Source: Candidatus Saccharimonadales bacterium (GTDB lineage Bacteria; Patescibacteriota; Saccharimonadia; Saccharimonadales; UBA10212). From it: a stretch of 64,000 nt of DNA. Each line of letters opens with the position of its first letter. Position 1 is the first letter of the stretch. Shown piece by piece: positions 19,055 to 29,073 of this stretch. The position numbers were made by a program, and so were the translations under genes. The notes beneath the pieces were generated by a model, which worked only from the letters and a program-made list of their open reading frames with translations, was not told the DNA's origin and made no database searches. The stretch covers positions 17,691 to 81,690 of the forward strand of contig DASTHW010000014.1 in assembly GCA_035717985.1 (NCBI GenBank), read 5' to 3'.

Positions 19055-20854
19055 TTGGCGGTGGTTGATAGTCAAACAAGGCGGCGCCTGACCAGAAAGT
19101 TCCGACGGCGCCAAAAAACAGCTACCGAGGCGGCTCAGCAGATGGGCCAGCAGGCCGATGACAGCATCGAGCGCCTGCTGATTAGGCGGTTTGGCCGGCT
19201 GGCGGCCGTGCGGCGGTTTGTGACCTTATGGATTTTACTTTTTGTACTTCTAGCTTTTGCTACTTATTTTCAAATGAGGAGCCTGACCGGCTATTACCAG
19301 GTGCTAAAGCCCACGCCGGGCGGGATTTATAACGAGGGTTTAATCGGTACTTTCACTAACGCCGACCCGCTTTATGCTACCGGCACGGCCGATGCCGCCG
19401 TTAGCCGGCTGGTTTTCTCCGGCCTATTTAAATATGACGACCACAACCAGCTAACCGGCGATTTGGCGCAGAGTTGGAGTACCAGCGCCAATGCTGATCA
19501 ATACACTGTTAAGCTACGCCCCGGCGTCCGCTGGCAAGACGGCAAGCCGTTTACGGCCGATGACGTGGTGTTTACCTATAAAACCATTCAGGATATTAAT
19601 GCTCAGTCGCCACTGTTCTCCAGCTGGCAGGGAATTACCGTTAGCAAAATAGATAATTTCACCGTTAAATTTGTTTTGCCCAACCCCTTAAGCTCTTTTC
19701 CGTACTCGCTGACTAACGGTATTGTGCCCCAGCATTTGCTGGCTAAAATTCCGCCGGAAGAACTGCGCAGTGCTGGTTTTAACTCGGCGCCAATTGGCAC
19801 TGGGCCGTTTGAGTGGAAATTTGTAGATGTTAGCGGCACCAGCTCAACCGACCGCGAGCAACGCATAACCCTGGCGGCTTACCGTAACTATTATGCTGGA
19901 CCGCCCAAGCTGGACGGCTTTAACTTGATAACTTTTAGTGACGATAAACAAATGCTTTCGGCTTTTGAGAAAAAGCAGTTGAACGCTATGAGCGGGCTAG
20001 AATCTCTGCCGGCAGATTTGTCTGGTGATAATTCGGTAGAGACGTACGTAACGCCGCTAACCAGCGCTGTGATGGCCTTTTTCAATAACTCGCAAACTGC
20101 GCTTAGCGACCCGGCCGTCCGCCAGGCGCTGGTCAGCGGCGTCAACCGCTCCCAGATTTCCCAGCTGGGCACTTATCCGCTGAGACTAGTCAATAGTCCA
20201 TTACTAAAAAACCAATTGGGCTATGACTCATCTATTACCGAACTGCCATTTAATGCGGCTTATGCCAATCAGCAGTTAGATAAAGCCGGCTGGGCCCGCG
20301 GCGCCGGCGGTATTCGCTATAAAAACGGCCAGCCGCTGGCGCTGTCTATGGTCACGCAGGATACGGCCGAGTATTCAAGGATAGCCGGTTATCTGCAAAA
20401 GCAATGGCAAGCGCTGGGGGTTAAAGTATCGGTACAGTATTACAGCAGTGACGATTTGCAGAGCCAGGCCATTGCCGGCCACAACTATGACATTTTGCTT
20501 TACGGCATCAGTATTGGTGTAGATCCGGACGTTTATGCTTACTGGGACAGCTCGCAGGCCAGCCTTACCAGCCAGGGACACTTAAACCTTAGCGAGTATA
20601 AATCCTCGGCGGCTGACCAAGCGCTGGAGTTTGGCCGCACTAAAGCTGACCCAGCCCTTAGAGCCGCAAAGTATAAAGCTTTTCTTACCGCCTGGAAAAA
20701 TGACGCGCCGGCACTAGCGCTTTACCAGCCCAATTACCTTTATATAACCCGTGGGCCGGTCTTTAATTTTCAGCGCCAAGCGGATAATGCCTCAACCGAT
20801 AGATTTTATAACGTCAACGAGTGGATGGTCCGCCAAAAACTCCAAGACATCTAG
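19055..20854 (+). CDS. ABC transporter substrate-binding protein, family 5 (peptide/nickel type), membrane-anchored
   Basis: N-terminal TM anchor then an SBP_bac_5-like sequence (LVFSGLFKYD..., VKLRPGVRWQDGKPFTADDVVFTY). TTG start is uncertain. Confidence 0.8.
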   Translation: MAVVDSQTRRRLTRKFRRRQKTATEAAQQMGQQADDSIERLLIRRFGRLAAVRRFVTLWILLFVLLAFATYFQMRSLTGYYQVLKPTPGGIYNEGLIGTFTNADPLYATGTADAAVSRLVFSGLFKYDDHNQLTGDLAQSWSTSANADQYTVKLRPGVRWQDGKPFTADDVVFTYKTIQDINAQSPLFSSWQGITVSKIDNFTVKFVLPNPLSSFPYSLTNGIVPQHLLAKIPPEELRSAGFNSAPIGTGPFEWKFVDVSGTSSTDREQRITLAAYRNYYAGPPKLDGFNLITFSDDKQMLSAFEKKQLNAMSGLESLPADLSGDNSVETYVTPLTSAVMAFFNNSQTALSDPAVRQALVSGVNRSQISQLGTYPLRLVNSPLLKNQLGYDSSITELPFNAAYANQQLDKAGWARGAGGIRYKNGQPLALSMVTQDTAEYSRIAGYLQKQWQALGVKVSVQYYSSDDLQSQAIAGHNYDILLYGISIGVDPDVYAYWDSSQASLTSQGHLNLSEYKSSAADQALEFGRTKADPALRAAKYKAFLTAWKNDAPALALYQPNYLYITRGPVFNFQRQADNASTDRFYNVNEWMVRQKLQDI

Positions 20855-20869
20855 TTAACTCAGTATATT

Positions 20870-20957
20870 TGGTGGGCGAAAGAGGACTTGAACCTCCACG
20901 AGCTTAAAGCTCACTAGCTCCTGAAGCTAGCGCGTCTACCAATTCCGCCACTCGCCC
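20870..20957 (-). tRNA. tRNA-Leu (CAG)
   Basis: Reverse complement folds as a type II cloverleaf. Anticodon loop TTCAGGA, long variable arm, encoded CCA. Confidence 0.9.
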
Positions 20958-21056
20958 TGATTACCAAATAATTGTACTGATAGAGAGGTGCCTCCGGCAA
21001 GCCCGCCGGCTTAAATACCGAAAGCATAAATGCTATGATTAGACCGACGATAAAAT

Positions 21057-22688
21057 ATGTCTAAAATAGCCCAATACTTGCAGGAACATCTGATGGGGGA
21101 GGTGTCCGCCAGCCCGGAAGTACGCCGGCACTTTGCCCATGACGCCAGTATTTTAAGCCTGGCGCCGCAGGTAGTGGTTTACCCCAGAAACGAGAGTGAT
21201 GTGCGCAAAACCGCCAGCTTTTGCTGGCAGTTGGCTGAGCGTGGCCGGCCCGTACCGCTAACTGCCCGCGGCGGCGGTAGTGACACCTCCGGTGCGGCGC
21301 TAAGCGCCGGCATAATGCTGGTCTTTCCGGCCCACATGAACAAAATCCTAGAGCTAGATCCTAAAAAAGAGCAGATTATCGTTGAGCCGGGCGCTACTTA
21401 TGACAAGCTAGAGCAAACGCTTTTTACCCATGGTCTGTTTTTGCCGCCGTACCCGGCCAGCCAGCTGTACGCTACGGTTGGCGGCGGCATTGCCAATAAT
21501 GCTATCGGCGAGAAGTCGGTCAAATACGGTGCCACCGGCGACTACGTAGAGCGGCTCCGTGTAGTGCTGGCTAACGGCGAGATTATCGAGACCGGCAAGC
21601 TAAGCAAGCGGGAGCTAAATAAAAAGCTTGGCTTATCTAGTTTTGAGGGCGAAGTTTACCGCGGCGTTGATAAGCTGATTGAAGAGAATGCTGAGCTAAT
21701 CCGCCAGCAGGCCGGCCTAAGCCGGGCCGCCCACAACTCTATTGGTTATAATCTCTCGTCCGTAAAAACCAAACACGGCTTTGACCTGACACCGCTGTTT
21801 GTTGGCTCCCAGGGTACGCTGGGCATTGTTACGGAGGCTACGTTAAAAGTAGTTGTCCATAATCCGCTGACTAAATTGATTTTAGTTAGCTTTGAAAGAC
21901 TGGAAGACATGCAGGACGCCCTGCCTAAAATCCTGGCTCTCAAGCCCAGCGTTTGCGATATGATTACCAATTCCGCCATTAAGGAGGTTCTGCGTATCAA
22001 CCCGCATCAGCTGGATAATTTACTTCCCATGCCCAACGCCGAAATTCACCTGCTGGTAGAATTTGACGATTTTAAAAACTCCGATCAAAAAGGCTCGCTG
22101 AAGAAACTGGGTAAGATTACTGACCGGGCCGGCGCCTACAGCCTGGTGGCAGAGGCGCTAGATGACCAAGAAAAGCTAAGAAAAGTCCGTGAAAGTGTGG
22201 CCACGATTCTAAACGAGCCCAGCGGCCAGACTAAAGCCGTGCCGGTGGCCGAAGATATAGCCGTGCCGATAGAAAACTTGGCTGATTTTCTAAAGCAGGC
22301 CGCCAAAATTTATGAATCGCTAAATATCCGGCCGGCGGCCTGGGGGCAGGCCGGTGAGGGCGTGGTGCGCATGCACCCAATGTTTGATTTAGCACAAACC
22401 GGCGACCGCCAGCGCCTTTTCAAACTGTCCGATGCGCTTTATGCCACAGCCCTAAAACTGGGCGGCACCCTCTCAGCCGCTCACGGCGAGGGCCGGGTGC
22501 GGGCGCCATACTCTATATATATGTACGGCGAGGAACTTCAAAAGCTTATGCGGCAAGTTAAACAAGTATTTGACCCGCGCGGTATCTTAAACCCAGGCGT
22601 CAAGACGGCGACGGCCGATGATGTTAAAGCTATAATGCGCGGCGCCTATGATCAGGCCCACCGGCATGAGCACTTACCTCGTAGCTAA
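21057..22688 (+). CDS. FAD-binding oxidoreductase (GlcD/FAD_binding_4 family)
   Basis: VVYPRNESDV...RGGGSDTSG FAD-binding signature and a C-terminal FAD-oxidase domain (HGEGRVRAP). Confidence 0.8.
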   Translation: MSKIAQYLQEHLMGEVSASPEVRRHFAHDASILSLAPQVVVYPRNESDVRKTASFCWQLAERGRPVPLTARGGGSDTSGAALSAGIMLVFPAHMNKILELDPKKEQIIVEPGATYDKLEQTLFTHGLFLPPYPASQLYATVGGGIANNAIGEKSVKYGATGDYVERLRVVLANGEIIETGKLSKRELNKKLGLSSFEGEVYRGVDKLIEENAELIRQQAGLSRAAHNSIGYNLSSVKTKHGFDLTPLFVGSQGTLGIVTEATLKVVVHNPLTKLILVSFERLEDMQDALPKILALKPSVCDMITNSAIKEVLRINPHQLDNLLPMPNAEIHLLVEFDDFKNSDQKGSLKKLGKITDRAGAYSLVAEALDDQEKLRKVRESVATILNEPSGQTKAVPVAEDIAVPIENLADFLKQAAKIYESLNIRPAAWGQAGEGVVRMHPMFDLAQTGDRQRLFKLSDALYATALKLGGTLSAAHGEGRVRAPYSIYMYGEELQKLMRQVKQVFDPRGILNPGVKTATADDVKAIMRGAYDQAHRHEHLPRS

Positions 22689-22738
22689 CGCAGTAATTAT
22701 AAGTTTATATGAACCGCTAGCGTATAATTACTCGAGTA

Positions 22739-23650
22739 GTGATTAAAGCTCAAAATCTCACCAAAAAATACCGCGACAAAACGGCCGTTGATAACTTATC
22801 TTTTGAAGTTGATACCGGCAAAGTGACTGGCTTTTTGGGGCCCAACGGTGCCGGCAAGTCTACCACCATGCGCCTAATGCTGGGCCTCGATAGCGGCCAC
22901 GGGCATACCAGCTGGGACGGCAAGCCGCTGAAACATTATGAGCATCCATCGCGGGTAGTTGGCGTTTTGCTGGAGGCAAAAGCTTTTCATCCCACCCGCA
23001 CAGCCCGCCGGCACTTAATAGTCTTAGCCGCCGCCGGCAATATCCCCAAAAGCCGGGTAGACGAGGTTTTATCACTTGTTGGTTTGAGCGATGTAGCCGG
23101 CGACAAGCCCGGCAAATTTTCTCTAGGCATGAGCCAGCGCCTGGGCATTGCCGCCGCTATTTTGGGTGAACCCAAGTATCTAATTTTAGACGAGCCGGCC
23201 AACGGTCTAGACCCGGAGGGTATTGCCTGGCTGAGACAATTTTTGCGTGATTATGCAGGCAGAGACCGCGGCGTGCTGGTGTCTAGCCACCTCTTAAGTG
23301 AAATGAGCTTAATGGCTGACAACGTAGTGGTTATCGGCAAAGGTAAATTAATAGCCGACACTTCTATGAAGAAATTAGTCACAGGCGCCGGAAGTCGGGT
23401 GTTCGTCCGCGCAAGCGACCTGCCGGCTTTTCAAAAGGCCTTAACTGCCGCCGGCTTTAAATACCAAAAAGAGGATGGCGGCTTAATGATAGACTCAGCC
23501 GGCACAGATGAAATTGGCAAGCTGGCCCACGCCGCTAAGGTTACTTTACTAGAGCTGACTGCCCGCACTGCCTCACTAGAGCAGGCCTTCTTAGAACTGA
23601 CTGAGGGCGCCGCCGAGTATGAGGCCTATGCCAAAAAGGAGAAACAATGA
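22739..23650 (+). CDS. ABC transporter ATP-binding protein (ABC-2 type)
   Basis: GPNGAGKSTT, FSLGMSQRLGIA, LILDEPANGLD. GTG start. 4-nt overlap with the downstream permease gene. Confidence 0.9.
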   Translation: MIKAQNLTKKYRDKTAVDNLSFEVDTGKVTGFLGPNGAGKSTTMRLMLGLDSGHGHTSWDGKPLKHYEHPSRVVGVLLEAKAFHPTRTARRHLIVLAAAGNIPKSRVDEVLSLVGLSDVAGDKPGKFSLGMSQRLGIAAAILGEPKYLILDEPANGLDPEGIAWLRQFLRDYAGRDRGVLVSSHLLSEMSLMADNVVVIGKGKLIADTSMKKLVTGAGSRVFVRASDLPAFQKALTAAGFKYQKEDGGLMIDSAGTDEIGKLAHAAKVTLLELTARTASLEQAFLELTEGAAEYEAYAKKEKQ

Positions 23651-24468
23651 CCTCTGCGCTCAAAGCCGAATTCAAAAAACTGCTAAGCGTGCGCTCCACC
23701 TATGTGCTAATGCTGGTATTTTTGCTATTAAGTGCTTTCTTTGCCTTTTACGTTCATGGCTATAAAGATTCGCAGGCCCAGCACTTGATTCTTACCGGAC
23801 AATCACCAAAGGATCTGGCCGGCGCGGCTTTATTTGCGTCTTCTTCTATCACCCAAGTAGCCAACGTTATATCTGTCGCCGGAGCCATAATTGCCTTACT
23901 CTTGTTGGCCCATGAATATCGTTATAACACCATTATTTATACGCTAACCGCCAGCAATAGCCGCAGTAGGGTTCTGGCCGCCAAAATTGTGGCCGTACTT
24001 TGTGTAATCTTTGTTTACTGCCTGGTAGCCACAGCTATTTCGCTGGCTCTGGTCTGGGCCGGCGCCTCAGCGGCCGGCTACCCCCTGCCTCACCAGGACA
24101 TCAATTTTGTGACCTTTTTTGCCAAATGTCTCTTTTACTGCGAGGCTTTTGCCATGGCCGGGCTGGTTTTTATAACCGTTATCCGAAATCAAATCGGAGC
24201 CATAGTCGCCCTGCTGGTTTTACCCAACACTCTAGAAGGCCTGCTGAGTTTATTGCTTAAGCAAAATTCCGTCTATATGCCGTTTACCGCTTTGTCTCAA
24301 GTCATCCAAGGCCCCACCATAAGGATTGCGCATGCGCCGGCCCACCCGGCTAGGGATATGGCTACCGGTAGTCTGACGCCTGGCAAGGGCGCCCTGGTTT
24401 ACATGGCCTATTTAGTAGCCGCTTGGATTATCGCTTGGTATTTATTCCTGCGCCGCGACGCCACCTAG
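23647..24468 (+). CDS. ABC-2 type transporter permease
   Basis: Six predicted TM segments and translational coupling (ATGA) to the ATPase gene. Confidence 0.8.
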   Translation: MTSALKAEFKKLLSVRSTYVLMLVFLLLSAFFAFYVHGYKDSQAQHLILTGQSPKDLAGAALFASSSITQVANVISVAGAIIALLLLAHEYRYNTIIYTLTASNSRSRVLAAKIVAVLCVIFVYCLVATAISLALVWAGASAAGYPLPHQDINFVTFFAKCLFYCEAFAMAGLVFITVIRNQIGAIVALLVLPNTLEGLLSLLLKQNSVYMPFTALSQVIQGPTIRIAHAPAHPARDMATGSLTPGKGALVYMAYLVAAWIIAWYLFLRRDAT

Positions 24469-24525
24469 CTAGTTTGGCAGTTAGACATGCTAATGTAGTT
24501 CAGTAATAATATTACCAGCGTAAGT

Positions 24526-24599
24526 GGCGCGTTGGCCGAGGAGTTAGGCAAGGGTCTGCAAAACCCTGTACACGAGTGCGAATCTCGTACGCGCCTCCA
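24526..24599 (+). tRNA. tRNA-Cys (GCA)
   Basis: Cloverleaf with anticodon loop CTGCAAA, 3-bp D stem, encoded CCA. Confidence 0.85.
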
Positions 24600-24611
24600 G
24601 AACACAATGAA

Positions 24612-24697
24612 GGGCGAGTGGCGGAACTGGTATACGCGACGGACTTAAAATCCGTTGCCGATAAGGCTTGAGGGTTCGAGTCCCTCCTCGCCCACCA
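24612..24697 (+). tRNA. tRNA-Leu (UAA)
   Basis: Type II cloverleaf with anticodon loop CTTAAAA, long variable arm, encoded CCA. Confidence 0.9.
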
Positions 24698-24698
24698 T

Positions 24699-24730
24699 AA
24701 AAAGACCAACTCTTGCAGTTAGGTCTTTTT
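24699..24730 (+). terminator. Rho-independent terminator after the tRNA pair
   Basis: AAAAGACC...GGTCTTTTT hairpin with a T-run. Confidence 0.7.
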
Positions 24731-24786
24731 ATGTCGGCTTCTCTTTAGGAATATATTTAGGGCTGATATATAGTTAGAACTAAGTC

Positions 24787-25647
24787 ATGCTTACGCTTAT
24801 AAGTGTGTTTTTATTTGTGGCGTCCAGCGGCCTTTTGGTCTGGTATTTTTTAAAGAAAGACGGCGGCGCCAAAGAGCCAAAGGGAGCCCTGCTGGCGGCT
24901 GTCGGGTTTGGCGTTTTAGCCTCGGCGGCGGCGGCCTGGGCCGAGCTGTTTCTGCCTAAAACCAACGGCCCAGCCATAACTTTAGCCAGTCTGGCTCTAG
25001 TCAGTCTTGGTGTTGGCATAATTGAAGAGTGCGCTAAAAGTGTGCCGCTAGCACTTTTTACCAGAGGTAAAAGCTACTTCAACGAGCATACCGACGGAGT
25101 AATTTATTTTGGCATTGCCGGCTTGACCTTTGGCTTGATAGAAAATCTAGTTTACGTTTTTTTGTACCGAAACCGGCTAGGTGCCAGCGAAATGCTAGGC
25201 ATTTTGCGCCTGGTCATTTTATTTTTCTTTCATGCGGCCTCAGCCGGAATAGTGGGGTACTACTTTGCTAAGGCTAAAATCCAAAAGCAAACTCTGCTAA
25301 AACCAATTACCGCCCTGGGGATTATGGCTATAGTGCATGGGCTTTATGACTTTTTGTTTTTGTACGGCGCCTTTGCCTATCAAAAAGGCGGTTTAACATC
25401 AGATACAAGCTCGGCCTTAGTGGTCTTAGCGCTGGTGGGCGGCCTGATAATTTCGGCCCTGCTTAATACATTTTTGTTTCTATATTTTATGCGGGCTCGG
25501 CAGTGGGATGCCAGCATTGGGTTGGCGGTTGATCCTAAGCTACCGGCTCTCCAGTCTCCGCAGGCAATGCTTACTGCCCAGCCGCCAGCAGTGCAGGCTG
25601 GCTGGGCCGGCTCGGCGCCGGTGATTGTCAGTCCGGATAGGCGATAG
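24787..25647 (+). CDS. PrsW-family intramembrane protease-like protein
   Basis: Multi-TM with GIIEECAKSVPL (EExxK) and HGLYDF motifs. Confidence 0.7.
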   Translation: MLTLISVFLFVASSGLLVWYFLKKDGGAKEPKGALLAAVGFGVLASAAAAWAELFLPKTNGPAITLASLALVSLGVGIIEECAKSVPLALFTRGKSYFNEHTDGVIYFGIAGLTFGLIENLVYVFLYRNRLGASEMLGILRLVILFFFHAASAGIVGYYFAKAKIQKQTLLKPITALGIMAIVHGLYDFLFLYGAFAYQKGGLTSDTSSALVVLALVGGLIISALLNTFLFLYFMRARQWDASIGLAVDPKLPALQSPQAMLTAQPPAVQAGWAGSAPVIVSPDRR

Positions 25648-25715
25648 TGCAAAAGTCTTGGTAAAAAAAGAAATTTCGCTGATAATAAGCTTAAGCTAAA
25701 TAGAAAAGAGTTAAT

Positions 25716-26651
25716 ATGCCTCCTCAGACTCCGCCAATTTATCCCTCGGCTCAAGCGCCGCAGGTTGGTCCCCAGCCCGCCCCGGCTATGCCGCCGCCCT
25801 CGCCTGTTCCGTCACCGGCTCCGCCCGGACCAGAGCCAAGCCCAACCCCGCCTGGAGCCGCTCCAACACCAGCCCAGCCTGGACTGCCGGGCAGTCAGCC
25901 TATGCAGTTAAATCCGGCTTACGGCCACACCGGCCTAGCTACCGCCAGCCTGGTATTGGGAATTGTATCTTTGCCAGCTTCTATTTTAAGCCTGTTCACC
26001 TTGCCGATTCCGGTAACTGCTATCGTCCTGGGTTGCATTAGTTTAAAACGCAAAAAAGGTTTTGCGCTGGCCGGAATTATTTTAGGCGTAATCGGCATAA
26101 TTTTGTCCGGCGTGGTGCTGGCTGTTGGCCTTAATCTGGAAAAACAAAAGACCAATCGAACTTCGCTGAATTCTAGTACTACCGCAAACGTTAGCAGTGC
26201 CGGCATTAGCTCTACTTGCTATAGTTTTGCGCTACCGGCAGGGTTCACAAGCGGCGACGTTACCAAAAACAGCGACTGCGTCACCGTCCTGCAAAAGCAA
26301 GACGGCACCAACGACCTGGCCATTACCTCTACTAACTTGACCCAAAATGTATCTACGGCCGATCAAGACGCCTATCTTAAAGCTGTAATTGACAGCCTGC
26401 AGTCTCAAGAGCAGGGCAAACTTACCCTTAGTAATAGAAAGTACATTAATCTAGATGGCGTGCGGGCCTACGAGGCTACCGGCGCCGAAAGTCAGGGTAA
26501 ATATACTTACGGCGGGATCATTGCCGCCCTAGCGCCTAAAGACTACATGTCTGTTTCCGGTTTAAAGTTACGGGCCTTTCTAATTGCTTTTGATTCATCT
26601 ACCAACCAAGATACACTTGATAAAGTTGCCAGCTCATGGCATTGGCAGTAG
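25716..26651 (+). CDS. Hypothetical membrane protein (Pro-rich N-terminus, DUF4190-like TM pair, extracytoplasmic domain)
   Basis: PPxP-rich first 70 aa, two TM helices with a GIILGVIGIILSG pattern, about 170-aa C-terminal domain. Confidence 0.6.
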   Translation: MPPQTPPIYPSAQAPQVGPQPAPAMPPPSPVPSPAPPGPEPSPTPPGAAPTPAQPGLPGSQPMQLNPAYGHTGLATASLVLGIVSLPASILSLFTLPIPVTAIVLGCISLKRKKGFALAGIILGVIGIILSGVVLAVGLNLEKQKTNRTSLNSSTTANVSSAGISSTCYSFALPAGFTSGDVTKNSDCVTVLQKQDGTNDLAITSTNLTQNVSTADQDAYLKAVIDSLQSQEQGKLTLSNRKYINLDGVRAYEATGAESQGKYTYGGIIAALAPKDYMSVSGLKLRAFLIAFDSSTNQDTLDKVASSWHWQ

Positions 26652-26660
26652 AGTAGCAAT

Positions 26661-26954
26661 ATGGACGATTCCCACCCGCATGTAGTTCAGGCCCACCATC
26701 ACGGGCTAGTGGCCGGTACAATTATTGGCTCGGTAGCCGTAACTCTTTTTTTGGCTGTTGCCGCCGTGGTAGCCAGACCAAATTTGCTGACTCATCCGCT
26801 CGATTTAACCTCTGATATTTCAGTTAAATCATCGAGTAATTCAAACCAGGCTTTAGGGTCGGCCGCCAGTGCCAGCCAGAGCCAATTTACTGGCGGACGA
26901 GGTCTGGCCGCCGGCTCTGCCGCTCAAAGCGCCGTGGTATTTTCCGGCCGCTAA
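26661..26954 (+). CDS. Hypothetical small membrane protein
   Basis: 97 aa with one TM helix. Immediately follows the previous gene. Confidence 0.45.
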   Translation: MDDSHPHVVQAHHHGLVAGTIIGSVAVTLFLAVAAVVARPNLLTHPLDLTSDISVKSSSNSNQALGSAASASQSQFTGGRGLAAGSAAQSAVVFSGR

Positions 26955-26968
26955 TTAATCTCTGTATT

Positions 26969-27706
26969 TTAAGCCGCCAGAGTTTGCTTGGCGGTAACTG
27001 GGTCGTCGGTAAAGATACGGTCTACGCCGATTTCGGCCATCCGGCGGACATCTTCCGGCGCGTTGACCGTATAAACATTAACTTCAAAACCATTATCATG
27101 AGCCGATTTAACCAATTCTGGCGAGGCAAATTTTAGATCAGGATTAATGGCCACGGCGCCCAGGCGGCGGCCTAGATCTACGGCCGGCTGAGGGCCGCCT
27201 AGCTCTTGCCACTGCTGGCCGTCCAGCAAAACGGCAATGTCAAGTTCAGGCATTATCTGCTTAAACTTCTCAAGCTCATCGTGCCTAAAAGAAGAAACTA
27301 TAAAATCAGCTGGCCGCCAGCCGCTAGCTAGGTATCTTTTAACAATTGTGCTTACCGGCTCAGCTGTATTGGCGCCTTTTAACTCAATATTTACTTTGGT
27401 GCGCTGGCCGTCTTTACTGTGTCGATCTACTAAATCTAAAACTTCTTCCAGCGTCGGGATTTGGTAAAACTTGCCGTCAGTAAAGCCGTCGTGAACGTTA
27501 AAGGTGAAACTATTGACCAAGCCGTGGGCCGCCCCGCGGGTAATTTGATCTAGCTCATCATCATGAAAAATTATTACTTCGCCGGTTTTAGCAAGCTCAG
27601 TATCAAACTCAATCATCGGCACCTTATTATTTAGCGCCAACTCAAAAGAAGGTAGTGTGTTCTGGGGTAGTAAGGCTCTAGCGCCGCGGTGGCCGATTAT
27701 TTCCAT
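26969..27706 (-). CDS. Glycerophosphodiester phosphodiesterase
   Basis: IIGHRGA...PQNTLPSFE...EFD GDPD motifs. ATG at 27706 is preferred over the upstream TTG at 27730. Confidence 0.85.
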   Translation of the reverse strand: MEIIGHRGARALLPQNTLPSFELALNNKVPMIEFDTELAKTGEVIIFHDDELDQITRGAAHGLVNSFTFNVHDGFTDGKFYQIPTLEEVLDLVDRHSKDGQRTKVNIELKGANTAEPVSTIVKRYLASGWRPADFIVSSFRHDELEKFKQIMPELDIAVLLDGQQWQELGGPQPAVDLGRRLGAVAINPDLKFASPELVKSAHDNGFEVNVYTVNAPEDVRRMAEIGVDRIFTDDPVTAKQTLAA

Positions 27707-27793
27707 AAAATTTGCTTTTTTAACTTGCAAGCATATTGTATAAAAGCTACTCTATAAAAGTAAAATAAAAGCGGTGGGCTATAGGAGGGACCA

Positions 27794-27949
27794 ATGAGTT
27801 GGAGCTGGAGCTCACCAATTGCTTTGGGGTTATTCTTACTGATGTGCGGAGGTACGGCAGTGCTAGTCGGAATTGGTATTTCGGCCGCCGCTTCCAGCGC
27901 AAGATGGGTAGCTGAACTGCCGGTTGTCGGTAGCCGCCGCCGGCGCTAA
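27794..27949 (+). CDS. Small membrane protein (51 aa), absent from the ORF track
   Basis: ATG preceded by ATAGGAGGGACCA (strong SD), one TM helix, RRRR C-terminus. Followed by a clean terminator. Confidence 0.55.
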   Translation: MSWSWSSPIALGLFLLMCGGTAVLVGIGISAAASSARWVAELPVVGSRRRR

Positions 27950-27973
27950 GCCTTAAAATCAAAATAAAAATTT

Positions 27974-28001
27974 CCCCGGCCCATGAGCCGGGGATTTTTT
28001 T
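27974..28001 (+). terminator. Rho-independent terminator
   Basis: CCCCGGC-CCATGA-GCCGGGG followed by ATTTTTTT. Confidence 0.75.
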
Positions 28002-28088
28002 ATTGCATATCAGATGGTGGTGTAAAACATCTAACTGCTCTTATCTTGCCGCCGAATATAAATTATTTAAACAAAGGGGGATTTTGAA

Positions 28089-28961
28089 ATGGTAAAACAG
28101 GCAATGGGTAGAACCGAGATAAAGCAGTCTGAGCAGTTAAGTACTAGGCCGGGTAAGCAGGTAGAGATGAACTCTAAGCCGGCCTCAAAAGGTAAAAATT
28201 ATAAACCAGCCGGCAAGCTGAAGGGCAAAGTGGCCATAATCACCGGCGGCGATAGCGGCATTGGCCGGGCGGTGGCCATAGCCTTTGCTCAAGAAGGCGC
28301 CGATGTGACGATTATTTTTCTAAATGAAGAAAAAGATGCCGCCATTGCTAAAAGCATGGTGGAGAATGAGGGCGCTAGGTGCCTTGCCATAAAAGGCGAT
28401 ATCGGCGATAAAGATTTTTGCCAAATAGCCGTCAATAAAACAGTTAATGAATTTGGCAGGCTGGATATTTTGGTCAATAACGCCGGCGAACAGCACCCCA
28501 AAGGCAAGCCGGAAGATATCAGTGCCGAGCAGTTAGAACGGACTTTTAGAACTAATGTTTTTGGTATGTTTTATCTGACGCAGGCGGCCCTAAAGCATAT
28601 CGGCAAGGGCGGCGCGGTTATTAACACCACATCCGTGACTGCTTATAAGGGCCACCCCACTTTGCTAGATTACTCTTCAAGTAAAGGCGCGATTTTAGCC
28701 TATAGCCGCACACTGTCGCAAATGCTGGCTGAGCGGGGGATAAGGGTCAACGCTGTGGCGCCTGGGCCCATTTGGACACCGCTAATCCCGTCAACCTTTC
28801 CTAAAGACGAGGTAAAAGATTTTGGTAAAAACACGGCCCTTGGCCGGCCCGGCCAACCGGAAGAGCTGGCGCCGGCTTATGTCTTTTTGGCTAGTGATGA
28901 TTCCAGCTATATGACCGGCCAAACTATGCATATAAACGGCGGCACGATAGTCAACGGCTAG
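28089..28961 (+). CDS. SDR-family oxidoreductase (YghA/YdaD general-stress type)
   Basis: TGGDSGIGRA cofactor motif, NNAG, and YxxxK (YSSSKGA). Confidence 0.85.
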   Translation: MVKQAMGRTEIKQSEQLSTRPGKQVEMNSKPASKGKNYKPAGKLKGKVAIITGGDSGIGRAVAIAFAQEGADVTIIFLNEEKDAAIAKSMVENEGARCLAIKGDIGDKDFCQIAVNKTVNEFGRLDILVNNAGEQHPKGKPEDISAEQLERTFRTNVFGMFYLTQAALKHIGKGGAVINTTSVTAYKGHPTLLDYSSSKGAILAYSRTLSQMLAERGIRVNAVAPGPIWTPLIPSTFPKDEVKDFGKNTALGRPGQPEELAPAYVFLASDDSSYMTGQTMHINGGTIVNG

Positions 28962-28970
28962 ATATAAAAA

Positions 28971-29047
28971 TGGTGGGATTGGAGGGACTCGAACCCCCGA
29001 CTTTCTCGGTGTAAACGAGACGCTCTAGCCAACTGAGCTACAATCCC
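28971..29047 (-). tRNA. tRNA-Val (UAC)
   Basis: Reverse complement gives a cloverleaf with anticodon loop TTTACAC and encoded CCA. Confidence 0.9.
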
Positions 29048-29073
29048 GACAGAGGGAAATTATACCATAATAA

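Noticed and set aside
24512-24709. 65-aa minus-strand ORF
   Set aside because: It lies entirely across tRNA-Cys and tRNA-Leu(UAA) and is an artefact of tRNA sequence.
27747-27962. 71-aa minus-strand ORF in the GDPD-SDR gap
   Set aside because: The opposite strand carries a 51-codon ORF with a strong SD and a terminator. The minus ORF has neither.
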